Below, piece by piece: positions 50,966 to 61,141 of a stretch of 64,000 nt of DNA. The notes beneath the pieces were generated by a model, which saw nothing but the letters and a program-made list of their open reading frames with translations, had not been told where the DNA came from and ran no database searches. Origin of the DNA: Bryobacteraceae bacterium. GTDB lineage: Bacteria; Acidobacteriota; Terriglobia; Bryobacterales; Bryobacteraceae. The stretch spans positions 55,966 through 119,965 of the forward strand of contig DATHOJ010000083.1 of the NCBI GenBank assembly GCA_035485055.1, in the 5' to 3' direction. Numbering within the stretch: position 1 is the stretch's first letter; every line of letters starts with the position of its first letter. The position numbers and the translations under genes were made by a program.

Positions 50966-53149
50966 GTGAAAACTACACCAATGTCCGGGTATATGAGAGT
51001 CTCGTTTGGTCTGCTGAGCGTCGCGCTCGCGGTCCACGCTCAACCAACTGGCCGTCCCACTCGCGTGATCCGCGAGGCGATCAATGAAGCCCGCGTTGTA
51101 GCGTTGAAGGGCAATACCCGGCCGGAAGCTACGGCCCAGAATGATCGCGGTATCGCTTCCGATTCGTTCCCGCTTCATCATATGCTCCTCCAGTTGAAGC
51201 GATCTCCTGAGCGTGAGGCGGCTTTGAAGCAATACATTGATGATTTGCACAATGCGAAATCTCCGAATTATCACAAATGGCTGACCGCGGAGCAATTCGC
51301 CGAGCACTATGGCGTTGCCCAGGAAGATGTTGCGGCCGTTAGTAGCTGGCTGACCTCGAACGGGTTCACGGTACATGGCGCTCCGGCGAGCGGACTGACG
51401 ATTGACTTCAGCGGTACCGCAGGACAGGTGCGCAACGCCTACCACACTGAGATTCACAATCTGGAAGTAGGCGGCAAGCAACACTTCGCCAATATGACCG
51501 ATCCTCAGATTCCGGCGGCACTAGAACCGGCCGTTGCGGGCATCGTCTCGCTGCACAACTTCCATCCGAAGCCTCAACTGGTGCCCAAAGGGAATTACAC
51601 AACTTCGAGCGGCAGTCATGCGCTAGTTGCGGGGGACATTGCCACCATTTACAATCTGAACCCGCTATTCGCAGCCGGCCTCACGGGGAAGGGCCAGTCG
51701 ATTATGGTAGTGGAAGATACCTACCTTTATTCGACCGGTGATTGGACCGTATTTCGAAAGACCTTCGGCTTGGCAAGACCGTATCCTTCGGGAACTCTCA
51801 GCCAGGTGAGCCCGTCGGGCGCGATCACCTGTACGAATCCGGGATTCCAGGGCTCTTCTACCGATCCCGGTTACGGCGACGATGGGGAAGCCATCATCGA
51901 CGTGGAATGGGCCACGGCAGCGGCGCCGAATGCCGCCATCATCCTGGCGGCGTGCACCGACACATCGACGGTATTCGGAGGTTTGATCGCACTCTTAAAC
52001 ACACTGAACGGCCCTGCGGCAAGCCTGCCTTCCGTGGTCAGCATCAGCTACGGAGAAGCAGAGGCAGCGAATGGAGCTGTCGCGAATTTATCTTATAACA
52101 ACGCTTACCAACAGGCGGTCGCGGAGGGCGTGTCGATTTTCGTGTCTTCCGGCGACGAAGGCGCGGCGAGCGCGGATAACGGGAATCCGTCGACACACGG
52201 CATTGGCATCAGCGGATTCACCTCCACGCCCTACAACGTATCCGTGGGCGGCACGGATTTCGGGTACACCGCGGACAGCGTCGCGCCCTCGACGTACTGG
52301 AGTTCGACCAACACTCCGACTTACAATTCGGCGTTGTCATACATCCAGGAGATTCCGTGGAACGACTCCTGCGCCGGCAGCCTGGTAGCGGCCTTTTTGG
52401 GAACCACTCCGTTGGGCCTCTGCAATAATTCGGCGGTTACCAGTAGCAGCGGATCGCTGCATTTTCTGCTGAACGCGATTGGCGGCAGCGGCGGCCCTAG
52501 CGGATGCGCGACAGGCACTCCGTCGAGTAATAGGGTGGTGAGTGGGACTTGTGCGGGCTACGCCAAGCCGTCATTTCAGAACGGGCTCTTTGGGAATCCC
52601 AGCGATGGCGTGCGCGACATTCCCGACGTATCGCTGTTCGCGTCGAACGGATTCTGGGACGCATACTATGTGACATGCTGGTCTAATCCCGACACGGTGG
52701 TCGGCGGTGGATTTACTTGCACCGGTGCTCCCAGTACCTGGGCGGGTTTCGGCGGAACTTCGGTTTCGTCGCCCATTATGGCGGCGATCCAAGCCTTGGT
52801 CAACGAAAAGACTGGCAGCCGGTGGGGCAACCCGAATACGGTTTACTATACATTGGCGAACACGGAATTCGGTGCCGGCGGTGCTGGCGCAGCCTCCTGT
52901 AATTCCAACACCGTAAACAAAACTTCCACTCCGTGCATTTTCTACGACATCACGCAAGGTGACAACGATGTGGTGTGCAAAGCGAGCGGTTCTACGTTGC
53001 GCAATTGCTATCGCCCGTCCGGCACGTATGGAGTCCTCTCCACTTCAAATTCGGCTGACCAACCGGCGTATCCGGCAGCCGTGGGCTGGGATTTCGCGAC
53101 CGGAATCGGATCGGTGAACGCGTACAATCTCGTGATGAACTGGCCATAG
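50966..53149 (+). CDS. S53 (sedolisin/kumamolisin-type) serine peptidase with pro-enzyme activation domain
   Basis: GGAGAGGAGAG RBS before the GTG at 50966, with a signal peptide. Prodomain LQLKRSPEREAALKQYIDDLHNAKSPNYHKWLTAEQFAEHYGVAQEDVAAVSSWLTSNGFTV...FSGTAGQVRNAYHTEIHNLEVGGKQHFAN. Catalytic serine context FGGTSVSSPIMAAIQALV. Confidence 0.85.
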   Translation: MKTTPMSGYMRVSFGLLSVALAVHAQPTGRPTRVIREAINEARVVALKGNTRPEATAQNDRGIASDSFPLHHMLLQLKRSPEREAALKQYIDDLHNAKSPNYHKWLTAEQFAEHYGVAQEDVAAVSSWLTSNGFTVHGAPASGLTIDFSGTAGQVRNAYHTEIHNLEVGGKQHFANMTDPQIPAALEPAVAGIVSLHNFHPKPQLVPKGNYTTSSGSHALVAGDIATIYNLNPLFAAGLTGKGQSIMVVEDTYLYSTGDWTVFRKTFGLARPYPSGTLSQVSPSGAITCTNPGFQGSSTDPGYGDDGEAIIDVEWATAAAPNAAIILAACTDTSTVFGGLIALLNTLNGPAASLPSVVSISYGEAEAANGAVANLSYNNAYQQAVAEGVSIFVSSGDEGAASADNGNPSTHGIGISGFTSTPYNVSVGGTDFGYTADSVAPSTYWSSTNTPTYNSALSYIQEIPWNDSCAGSLVAAFLGTTPLGLCNNSAVTSSSGSLHFLLNAIGGSGGPSGCATGTPSSNRVVSGTCAGYAKPSFQNGLFGNPSDGVRDIPDVSLFASNGFWDAYYVTCWSNPDTVVGGGFTCTGAPSTWAGFGGTSVSSPIMAAIQALVNEKTGSRWGNPNTVYYTLANTEFGAGGAGAASCNSNTVNKTSTPCIFYDITQGDNDVVCKASGSTLRNCYRPSGTYGVLSTSNSADQPAYPAAVGWDFATGIGSVNAYNLVMNWP

Positions 53150-53197
53150 AGTCATCATGAAACCAATTATATTTCGCAACCCTAATGGAGGAATAAA

Positions 53198-53842
53198 ATG
53201 AAGATTACGTGTGGACTTCTTTGCGCTGTGTTCTGTCTTTTCCTGGGCGCACCCTTAAGCAAGGCGGATGTCTGCGGTTCGGTCGTGGGCAATCTCGTGG
53301 CGAATTGCGGCTTCGAGTCGGGTGACTTTGCGGGTTGGACCCTCGCGGGAAACGACGTGCCCGGGGAACAGGGAAACCTTTATGGCGTCGAGGGAGTCGA
53401 CCCCTTCGACGGCATCGCCCCACACAGCGGGTCGTTTCAGGCGTACTTCGCCGATCTCGATGCCAACGCCACTACGCTATCGCAATCGATCGCCACGACT
53501 TCGGGCACCTCGTACACGGTGACGTTCTATTTGGCGCAGGATACTGCGACGATACCCCCGTATTCCAACGAATTCTCCGCTTCCTTCGGAGGAACGTCGC
53601 TGGTGAGCATGACGGGGGCGCCCGTCGAGGGGTACACGAAGTATTCGTACACCGCCATGGCAACTTCGTCCTCGACTTTACTGAGCCTGACGCTGGGAAA
53701 CGATTTAGGCGAGTACCTGCTGGACGACGTGAGCGTTACAGCCGCGTCCAGGACCAGCACGCCTGAACCTGCGGCGTTGGGATTGCTGCTGATCCCCGTC
53801 ATCCTGGTCCTCGTGAAGCTCAAGAGAGCGACGGCAAGCTAA
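53198..53842 (+). CDS. PEP-CTERM sorting-domain protein with a CBM-like/jelly-roll N-domain
   Basis: GGAGG RBS with a signal peptide. NCGFESGDFAGWTLAGN. C-terminal TPEPAALGLLLIPVILVLVKLKRATAS, i.e. PEP motif, TM helix and basic tail. Confidence 0.85.
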   Translation: MKITCGLLCAVFCLFLGAPLSKADVCGSVVGNLVANCGFESGDFAGWTLAGNDVPGEQGNLYGVEGVDPFDGIAPHSGSFQAYFADLDANATTLSQSIATTSGTSYTVTFYLAQDTATIPPYSNEFSASFGGTSLVSMTGAPVEGYTKYSYTAMATSSSTLLSLTLGNDLGEYLLDDVSVTAASRTSTPEPAALGLLLIPVILVLVKLKRATAS

Positions 53843-54084
53843 AGGGATTTGATTCGGGAACGATGTCCCGTTGGTTCGGGCGGCGCGGTTAACCGGTCGC
53901 GCGCTCGCGCCCATGTTTCTCTACTTTGGGACACAATGAAATTTTTGAGGAAGCGAACCATTGGTTTCATTTGCGACCTCCCGAAAAGCCAAGAGATTTT
54001 GGCTTTGGCGGAGTGGCATGCGGCGTGCCGTGCAAGTGGGGATATCCGATGACTCGCGAATGTGCAATCTCTATATCCCCCGGG

Positions 54085-56322
54085 ATGCGTAAACTTGGCG
54101 CCTCAGCAATGCTGGTGGTCTTCGGAATTTTCGTTGGATGCGCCATTTCTCCGCAATCTAAGGAAACCAAGTTCCTGCGCAGAGGGGAGGCACTTCGCGA
54201 AAAGAAAGATTACGCTCGAGCTCTTCTGGAATTCAAGAATGCGGCGGAAGCCATGCCGCGCGATGCCGAACCGCAATACCAGATGGGAATTACATATCTG
54301 GCATCCGGAAGCCTTGGAAGCGGAATCGCCTCCCTCCGCAAGGCGACGGAGTTAAATCCCCGCCACGAACAGGCTCAGTTGAAGTTGGCCGAGGTGTTGA
54401 CCGCGAGCAGCAACAAAGAGCTGGTGCAGCAGGCCGCGAGCCGCCTGGAGGCTGTGCTTTCGGCATCGCCGGGCAATTCCGAAGCGAATGACGCACTGGC
54501 ATTGGCGGAATGGAAACTTGGTAAAACCGAGGAAGCAATCGGCAGGTTGGAGGATACTCTACAAAAGTTCCCGTCCCGGCTGCAAACGTCTGTGGAACTG
54601 GCGCAACTGCAACTGAGACAGAAGGATTTGGCGTCCGCGGAAAGAGTTTTGAAACAGGCTGTGGCGAGCGCGCCGCAAGCTTCGGACGCAGAGTTGGCGC
54701 TCGGGCAACTGTACATGCTCGCCAATGAACCGAAGAAGGCGGAAACGGAGTTGGGAAAGGCCATCCAGCTCGATCCGAAGAACGGTGCGGCGCTGATGGG
54801 GCTCGCCGCGATCCAGGCAACCGGTAACCGTAAGGAGGAAGCGGAGCAAACGTACCGCAAGCTGTCGTCGCTTCCCGACCCTCAATTCAAGCCCCTGCAC
54901 GCGTTGTTTCTGTTTAAGATTGGAAAACGGGATGACGCATTGGTTGAGTTTGAAAAACTTGCCCGTCAAGATCCAAACGATCGCGCCGCCCGAAGCCGTC
55001 TCGTCGCAGCCTATTTAGCATTGGGCAAGGACAAGGCTGCGCAGAACCTATTGAATTCGGCCCTGAAAGAGAATCCGAAGGACACGAATGCGCTATTTGA
55101 GAGAGCCGACCTAGCGTTTCGCGCTGGGAACGTCGCCGAGGCCACGACGGACCTTTATGCGGTTCTGCACTACAATCCGGACTTCGCCGAGGCGCACCTC
55201 ATGATGGCGGCGATATTCAAATTGCAAGGGAAGAAACAGAGTGAACAGCAGGAATTGGGTGAAGCACTTCGGATAAATCCCGCGCTGCTACCGGCACGTC
55301 TTCAGTTAGCCCACAGCTTAACCGGCGCGAAGCAGCCTAAAGCCGCTCTGGAGCTTCTGAACCGTACCCCCGAAGGTCAAAAGCGTAAGGTGGGCGTCAT
55401 GGCAGAGCGCAATTGGGCGCTGTTGGCAACCGGCGAAACCAAAGAGTTGCGAGCGAGTCTGGACGAGGTTTTGCCTATCCGGCACTTTTCAGAGTTTCTC
55501 CTTCAGGACGCACTTCTCCGAATGCAGCAGCGCGACTACGGCGGTGCCCGAACGGCCCTAGAAGAAGTAATCGCAGAAAACCCGGAGGACGTGCGCGCGG
55601 TGCGTTTGCTCGCGGACGCGTATCTTTCGGAAAAACAGCCGGCGAAGGCGGAGGAACGCCTTAAAGCGATTGTCGGCGCGCATCCCCAATCAGCGCCATT
55701 GGAGAATCTATTGGGGCAATGGTACCTGAGCGCTAGAAATCCGGCGGCGGCGCGAAAGGCCTTCGAAGCGGCGTGTGCGGCCGATCCCCATTTCGTGACC
55801 GCGCAGCTAGCCATGGCGAACATCGATTACCGGGAGAGACGCTTCGATGCTGCTCGCCAGCGGCTGCTCGGGCTATTGACCGCCGATCCGAAAGACCCCT
55901 CCTTATTGGTAATGCTGGGCACGGTGGCCGGAGGAATGGGCGATCAGGAGGAAGCCGTCCGCCGCTATCGCGCCGCGGTTGCCGTCGATGGCGCGAACGT
56001 TGCCGCCTTGAACGACTTGGCCTACACACTTGCCACTTCGGATCCGGATGCGGCTTTGAAATACGCCCAGACGGCGGCGGAACTCGCTCCCGACGATCCT
56101 TCGGTGAATGATACCCTCGGCTCTATCTACTACCAAAAAGCGATCTATCCCAAGGCGATTCGCTATTTGGAGACCGCGGTAGCGAAGGATCCGACCCCGC
56201 GGCGCGAATATCATCTCGGCATGTCCTATTTAAGGTCAGGCCAGAACGATCAGGGCGCAAAAATATTAGAATTGGCGCTTCAGCAGGACCCGAAATTGCC
56301 AACTACGGAGAAGGGCTGGTAG
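54085..56322 (+). CDS. TPR-repeat lipoprotein, PrsT-like (PEP-CTERM system-associated type)
   Basis: MRKLGASAMLVVFGIFVGC (lipobox-like), then RRGEALREKKDYARALLEFKNAAEAMPRDAEPQYQMGITYL and about 18 further TPR units to the C-terminus. Confidence 0.8.
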   Translation: MRKLGASAMLVVFGIFVGCAISPQSKETKFLRRGEALREKKDYARALLEFKNAAEAMPRDAEPQYQMGITYLASGSLGSGIASLRKATELNPRHEQAQLKLAEVLTASSNKELVQQAASRLEAVLSASPGNSEANDALALAEWKLGKTEEAIGRLEDTLQKFPSRLQTSVELAQLQLRQKDLASAERVLKQAVASAPQASDAELALGQLYMLANEPKKAETELGKAIQLDPKNGAALMGLAAIQATGNRKEEAEQTYRKLSSLPDPQFKPLHALFLFKIGKRDDALVEFEKLARQDPNDRAARSRLVAAYLALGKDKAAQNLLNSALKENPKDTNALFERADLAFRAGNVAEATTDLYAVLHYNPDFAEAHLMMAAIFKLQGKKQSEQQELGEALRINPALLPARLQLAHSLTGAKQPKAALELLNRTPEGQKRKVGVMAERNWALLATGETKELRASLDEVLPIRHFSEFLLQDALLRMQQRDYGGARTALEEVIAENPEDVRAVRLLADAYLSEKQPAKAEERLKAIVGAHPQSAPLENLLGQWYLSARNPAAARKAFEAACAADPHFVTAQLAMANIDYRERRFDAARQRLLGLLTADPKDPSLLVMLGTVAGGMGDQEEAVRRYRAAVAVDGANVAALNDLAYTLATSDPDAALKYAQTAAELAPDDPSVNDTLGSIYYQKAIYPKAIRYLETAVAKDPTPRREYHLGMSYLRSGQNDQGAKILELALQQDPKLPTTEKGW

Positions 56323-56789
56323 CTCCGCTCAATGGCCCATCTTACAGGCTGAGCAGCGAGCAGCCCTGGTGGGAAGGCTGAAATGTTCCAGAGAAAATAC
56401 ACCGCCTCAGTCTCTCTTCGCCTCGTCTCGCGGGAAGGTTATCCGTTCGCTATCAGCGGGCGGCTTGCAGGGGCGCACCCTGAGGCTGCGTCTACGCCAA
56501 GCCTCCCTTCGGCGGACCTCAGCGCGTAGTGAAGTATCCGGCCCGATAGAATCCTCTTCACCATCGATAGCGTTTCCCATTGTACTGAAGAAAACATGAT
56601 GCACCATTTGTTGAACAACGAACAGGGCCATTCGAGTTTAAGACCTCGAAGAGGCAAGCTACCTTCGTTCAACCCAGTTGGCGGACAGCGACACCAGCTT
56701 CCCGTTTGCCCAATCTTGGATTGTAGGGCGGGAGCACTGGTGTCGCAGGGGTAGTCTGTTATTCGAGTCCGTGTTGGCCGAGTCTGACG

Positions 56790-57206
56790 TTACTTCGAGT
56801 ACAATGCAGCCGCCAGAATGACTGCTCTCGGCGATGCCGCTTGCGCAATCAACTCCTTTTCAACCTTCGACGGGCGCAATCGCCAGCCTTGGCTGTCGTT
56901 GGATACCTGAGAAAGGAAGTAGCGGTTTCCGTACCGGTTGAAGGTGATCACGGGGACACCGGCCTTGTTGCTCTCCCCAGGCAGGACCATGGTCATCACG
57001 CCCGTGCCGTGCTTCATGTTCTGGATGAGGAGGACGCCCTGATTCAAACGCTGGACGCTATAGTCCCCCGCGCTGAAAGTCTTGGCGCCGACGGTGAAGT
57101 CGAACGGAATTGTGGCGGTAATTTTGTCTTGCGCGAGCAGAGCCACGGGGCTCAGGATGGCGCTGATGCTGAGAGTGAGTAGTGTGCGAACGATCGAGGT
57201 TTTCAT
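56790..57206 (-). CDS. secreted hypothetical protein (138 aa)
   Basis: AAGGAG lies 5 nt upstream of the ATG. Signal peptide LLTLSISAILSPVALLAQ. IPFDFTVGAKTFSAGDYSV...FNRYGNRYFLSQV. Confidence 0.55.
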   Translation of the reverse strand: MKTSIVRTLLTLSISAILSPVALLAQDKITATIPFDFTVGAKTFSAGDYSVQRLNQGVLLIQNMKHGTGVMTMVLPGESNKAGVPVITFNRYGNRYFLSQVSNDSQGWRLRPSKVEKELIAQAASPRAVILAAALYSK

Positions 57207-58194
57207 TGGGTCTCCTTTTTTTCATGTGTTACCGTGTGTTCACGGGTTGACATGAAGGTAAGCGCGATTCCTGGAAAAGTCCGCCAATTTGAAAAAATAC
57301 GGAACGAACCCAAGAGGGCAGGTCGGGAACCTGCCCCACTGGTCACACTACGGCTGTACGAAATATCGTGAGCGGCCGACCGAGGCCGGCCGCTAGTGGA
57401 TTGGAAGGTCTCTCACATGGGTCCTGGCCACAACGGTGAACCGTATATTCCATGCTTCGATGCACAATCCTCTGAAAACCAGAGTCGAAACCCCGTTATA
57501 GGATCGATCCTAAAGTCTCCCGTCGAAGCCATACATATAGTTGGCCGCGCTAGCCGTTTCACGGGCTCCGGGAGCTCAGCACCACCGTAATACGACATTT
57601 GCCGGCCGGCAAAAAACTGTCAAAGAAGCTCCGGTGGGGAACTCCTTCTGGATTGAGGGTACGCGAGGGGAAAGACGAGCGCGGTTTACTGAAAGTCGCA
57701 AGGCTGGCAAAGGAAAGGGGATAAAAGTTCACATTTTCCGGGAAACGATCCGGCATTGCGGGAAAAAGGCAACTAAAAATGGCTGAGGGAGGGCCAAATT
57801 GGCCGATGCTTACGTTTTGCTCCGTTCGATGCCAGCGGCGTGTTCGCGGTTCGCGCAGGTATTTTCTGCCCAGCGACAATCTCTCTATTTGTTCGCCTTT
57901 TTCAGAATTGTTATTTTAATCGACTTTGATAAGTTTTGGATTTAAGATCACGACGGAGGTAATTACAGAGTATGGATTTTCTTTTGACGATTATTTTGCT
58001 CGTCGTTAGCCACCATGTGCGCAACGCGGGGCCGAGCCGCCCGGCTCCCAAGCCGATGGACTGCGTTCTGTTCCAAGTCATTCCCTGCCCAGACTGATCG
58101 GCCTGCGCCGTTCACTAAGGCTCCAAGGTATAGCGGCGAATCCGGCGGATGAAAATTGCACGCGCAGAAACGTGTGTATGGATCTGGCAAACGC

Positions 58195-58231
58195 GAGGAC
58201 AGACGCTCTTGAGGTAGAGCCGTCTGTCCTC
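58195..58231 (-). terminator. strong hairpin ending the sigma/kinase/small-ORF operon
   Basis: GAGGACAGACG-15 nt-CGTCTGTCCTC, an 11-bp perfect stem, 34 nt beyond the stop at 58265. Only a short TTT follows on the minus strand. Confidence 0.4.
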
Positions 58232-58264
58232 CACCCTTTCGCTGAGGGGCTGTTGTTGAGTTCC

Positions 58265-58501
58265 TTACTTCTTTACCACTTTATCCCTAGGAGGGATCGG
58301 CCTTTTGAGCGTCCAACAATCCGACCTCCCCTCGACGTCCCCCTGAATGCTCGGGCAGGGAATGGTTTGGAAGATCTCGGTATTAAGCGGCGTTTCAGAG
58401 TGTGCCGATTTCTCAAGCATGATTGTGTCGCCCTTTTGAAACTCCATGACCTCCTCGACGTGTAAGCGTCCGTCTTTCAAACTGCATTTGATTACCGCCA
58501 T
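58265..58501 (-). CDS. small hypothetical protein (78 aa) overlapping the kinase 3' end
   Basis: AAGGAG lies 7 nt upstream of the ATG at 58501, embedded in the kinase codons. There is a 10-nt overlap with the kinase stop. MAVIKCSLKDGRLHVEEVMEFQKGDTIMLEK... No family recognised. Confidence 0.5.
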   Translation of the reverse strand: MAVIKCSLKDGRLHVEEVMEFQKGDTIMLEKSAHSETPLNTEIFQTIPCPSIQGDVEGRSDCWTLKRPIPPRDKVVKK

Positions 58502-61134
58502 TGCTTGTCTCCTTTTTCATTGCGAACGTGGTTGGAATCTACTAACTTCATATAGCGAGGTTCGTGCCGTAACCCCGCCAATTCCGGGTACCGCTCTGCC
58601 TGAACCATGATCGAGCGAAACAGGGTCGAAGAGGATCCCTCCAAAAGATCCAAGCTCCGTCCCCTGAGCCCAATGACTTCATAGGTCAAGAGCGCCACCA
58701 GCGACAATTCATCGTCATCTCGCGGAGTTTGCAACGCTTGCGCGATCTCGGATATCGCTTGTTGCGAGTCGCCCAGCCGGGCCTCGAAATAGGCCAGCCT
58801 GGCACGTTCCAGGAAGGTGCGAGGATCACCAGCCAGGTAATTCCTTGTAAACGCCCGTCCGCGGAAGAACGCAGTTTTCGCATCGCTAGGACGATGGTCG
58901 CGTTCATAAGCCAGGCCTAAGTCCAACCACAGCCCGCCGTTTTCGGGCCCGATAGAGTTGGCACGCTCTAAACAGGCGATCGCTTCCCGGCTCTTTCCGG
59001 CGTCGAGGAGAACGGAGCCCAATGTAAGCTCCGTGTCAAAGTTATCTTCCAGACTTATCGCTTTCCGGAGCTCCTGCTCGGCCTCCTCGTATCGCCCCAA
59101 CTTCCCGAGGCCAGCTCCAAGAGCGCGATGGGGAGCCGACGACTGCGGCGCCAGTTCTACCATCTTCCGATAGGGCGGAAGCGCGTGTTCGAGGTCACCT
59201 CGCACAAAATAAAAATTACCGAGGGTTTTCTGATTTGCTAAGCTCCCGGGTTCAATGTCAACCGCCTTTTGCGCTACCGCCAAGGCTTCATTCAGATGCC
59301 CGTTTCTCTCATAAACTCCGGTGAGACGCCGGTAGGCTTCGCTGTTTTTGGGTTGAAGCGCGATGGCTCGCTGGTAGTCGACCTTGGCCTGTTCGTTCAA
59401 GCCCGAAACGAAGTTTATCCATCCTGAAATTAGGTGAACTTCGGCAAGGTCCGGATTACGGATTTGGGCTTCTCTCAGCGACTCTCGCGCCTGTTCCCGC
59501 AAAGCCTTGTCGCCCGTGCCTCGAGAGCGGGCCCATTGCGCTTCAGCCAAGCCCGCGTAGGTGAGAGGCGAATCGGGATCGGCGGCAACGGCGTGCTCCA
59601 TCAACGTGACGGCCTCATCGAGGCGGATATTATCGCGGACATAGGACAGGCCGGTCAGATAATCCTGGCGAGCGGCCGCGTTTACGGTTGCGTTCATGAG
59701 CAGGGGAGGCAACTCAAGCGTGCCGGTCACAAAACCGGCCAGTGCGATGGGGGCGTAACGTAACTCCGCCGGTCGGTAGCGTACCTTCCAGTCCCTTTTG
59801 TCTACGCCGGAAAGTGTGTCCGTCAGGTGAACATTGAGGATGACATTTTCGTTATCCTGGTCCACTGTCCCGCGCAAAACGTGTGTGGCGCCGAGCAATG
59901 ACCGGGCATCCTGAATCGTGTTCACTTTCTTTCTCAGAGTGTCGCGCAAGGGAATGAACTTGAGCGCCGTAGCGGAATTTCCTTTGAGTCGAGCCAGTTG
60001 CTCAGCCGTATTGCGAGACAAATCCGCCGGCCCAAACGGCAGAACTGCCAGACGTACGGTTTGCGGGGCAACGGTGGCGCCTTCATAAGTCAACGCGACT
60101 GAGCCAATCGTGAGGACGGCGGCCCCGGCCGCAACGAACCACCAGCGCCGGGAGCGGGGAGCGAGGGCTTTGGCTACTTCATCCGCGTTCGGGAATCTGC
60201 GTGCGGGGTCGGGATCGAGGCACCTCCCGACGATGCGATCCCATGTTCGTTCGATGGGCGGAGGATGCCGGGTAAGGCGATCCTCCCACGGTATTTCGGG
60301 CCCGAACGGCCGGCGCCCGGCTGCGACCTCGTATAAAATCACTCCCAAGGCATAGACGTCGGAGGCGGCAGACGGTTTTTTGTTGGTCCACAATTCCGGC
60401 GCCATGTAATCCGGCGTTCCACCCGCCTGACTGGCATCCGCCGCTCCGAACGGAATGTCCTCGGCCGGGCCCAGCGTCGTGTTCGCCAGCCCGAAGTCGG
60501 TGATCACCGCACGCACGCCTCCGCCGGGGTCCTTGGCGAGAATTACATTGTTGCTCTTGAGATCGCCATGCACCACGCGGTTGCGATGGGCTTCGGCCAA
60601 ACCGGCGCAGATCTGCTCCGCGATGGCGCGTGCGTCGGTTTCATGCAATCGCCCGCGGCTGAGGCGCGCGGCCAGTGTCTCACCTTCCAGAAACTCCATG
60701 GTGAGAAAATCGACTTCCCCATTCGCGGTCGAAGCGGTGTGGATCTCGAAGATTTTGCACACGTTCGGATGGCTGATTTCGCTCGCATGGCGCACTTCGG
60801 GCGGCAGACGCTTTCGAAATCCGCTTTTGGCGCATTTGAGGGCAATGCGGCGATCCAGCTTTTCGTCGAAGGCCTCATAGACGATGCCCATTCCACCGCG
60901 AGCTACCTCGCGCTCAATCCGGAACCGGCCTTCGAGGAGCTGACTTGGCGCGAACGGATTCTCATCTTCGGCTGCTTGAAACAGGGGGTCGAGCAGGAAG
61001 CCGCGCATACGGGCTTCGGATTGGACGTAATCCCACGCCTGGGTGAACAACTCCGCATTACCGGAACACGCACTTTCGAGGTAGGATTCGCGCTGATTCT
61101 CGGGCTGAGCCAAGGCCCCCTCGACGAGGCTCAT
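58492..61134 (-). CDS. Ser/Thr protein kinase with TM segment and extracytoplasmic region ending in TPR repeats
   Basis: LEGRFRIEREVARGGMGIVYEAFD...IALKC, HRNRVVHGDLKSNNVIL, ITDFGLA, GTPDYMAPE, DVYALGVILYEV. TM RRWWFVAAGAAVLTIGSVAL. TPR units in the C-terminal ~400 aa. The ATG at 61134 follows AGGAGG; an alternative is at 61170. Confidence 0.9.
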   Translation of the reverse strand: MSLVEGALAQPENQRESYLESACSGNAELFTQAWDYVQSEARMRGFLLDPLFQAAEDENPFAPSQLLEGRFRIEREVARGGMGIVYEAFDEKLDRRIALKCAKSGFRKRLPPEVRHASEISHPNVCKIFEIHTASTANGEVDFLTMEFLEGETLAARLSRGRLHETDARAIAEQICAGLAEAHRNRVVHGDLKSNNVILAKDPGGGVRAVITDFGLANTTLGPAEDIPFGAADASQAGGTPDYMAPELWTNKKPSAASDVYALGVILYEVAAGRRPFGPEIPWEDRLTRHPPPIERTWDRIVGRCLDPDPARRFPNADEVAKALAPRSRRWWFVAAGAAVLTIGSVALTYEGATVAPQTVRLAVLPFGPADLSRNTAEQLARLKGNSATALKFIPLRDTLRKKVNTIQDARSLLGATHVLRGTVDQDNENVILNVHLTDTLSGVDKRDWKVRYRPAELRYAPIALAGFVTGTLELPPLLMNATVNAAARQDYLTGLSYVRDNIRLDEAVTLMEHAVAADPDSPLTYAGLAEAQWARSRGTGDKALREQARESLREAQIRNPDLAEVHLISGWINFVSGLNEQAKVDYQRAIALQPKNSEAYRRLTGVYERNGHLNEALAVAQKAVDIEPGSLANQKTLGNFYFVRGDLEHALPPYRKMVELAPQSSAPHRALGAGLGKLGRYEEAEQELRKAISLEDNFDTELTLGSVLLDAGKSREAIACLERANSIGPENGGLWLDLGLAYERDHRPSDAKTAFFRGRAFTRNYLAGDPRTFLERARLAYFEARLGDSQQAISEIAQALQTPRDDDELSLVALLTYEVIGLRGRSLDLLEGSSSTLFRSIMVQAERYPELAGLRHEPRYMKLVDSNHVRNEKGDKQWR

Positions 61135-61141
61135 TACCAGC

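Noticed and set aside
57316-57395. Two 8-bp-stem hairpins (GGGCAGGT/ACCTGCCC and AGCGGCCG/CGGCCGCT) as terminators or an RNA element
   Set aside because: They lie upstream, not downstream, of the only adjacent supported gene (56790-57206, minus strand). No conserved structure is recognisable. I noted them only as GC-rich stems.
57598-57613. The perfect palindrome TTTGCCGGCCGGCAAA as a terminator
   Set aside because: It has no loop, no downstream T-tract on either strand, and no supported gene ends nearby.
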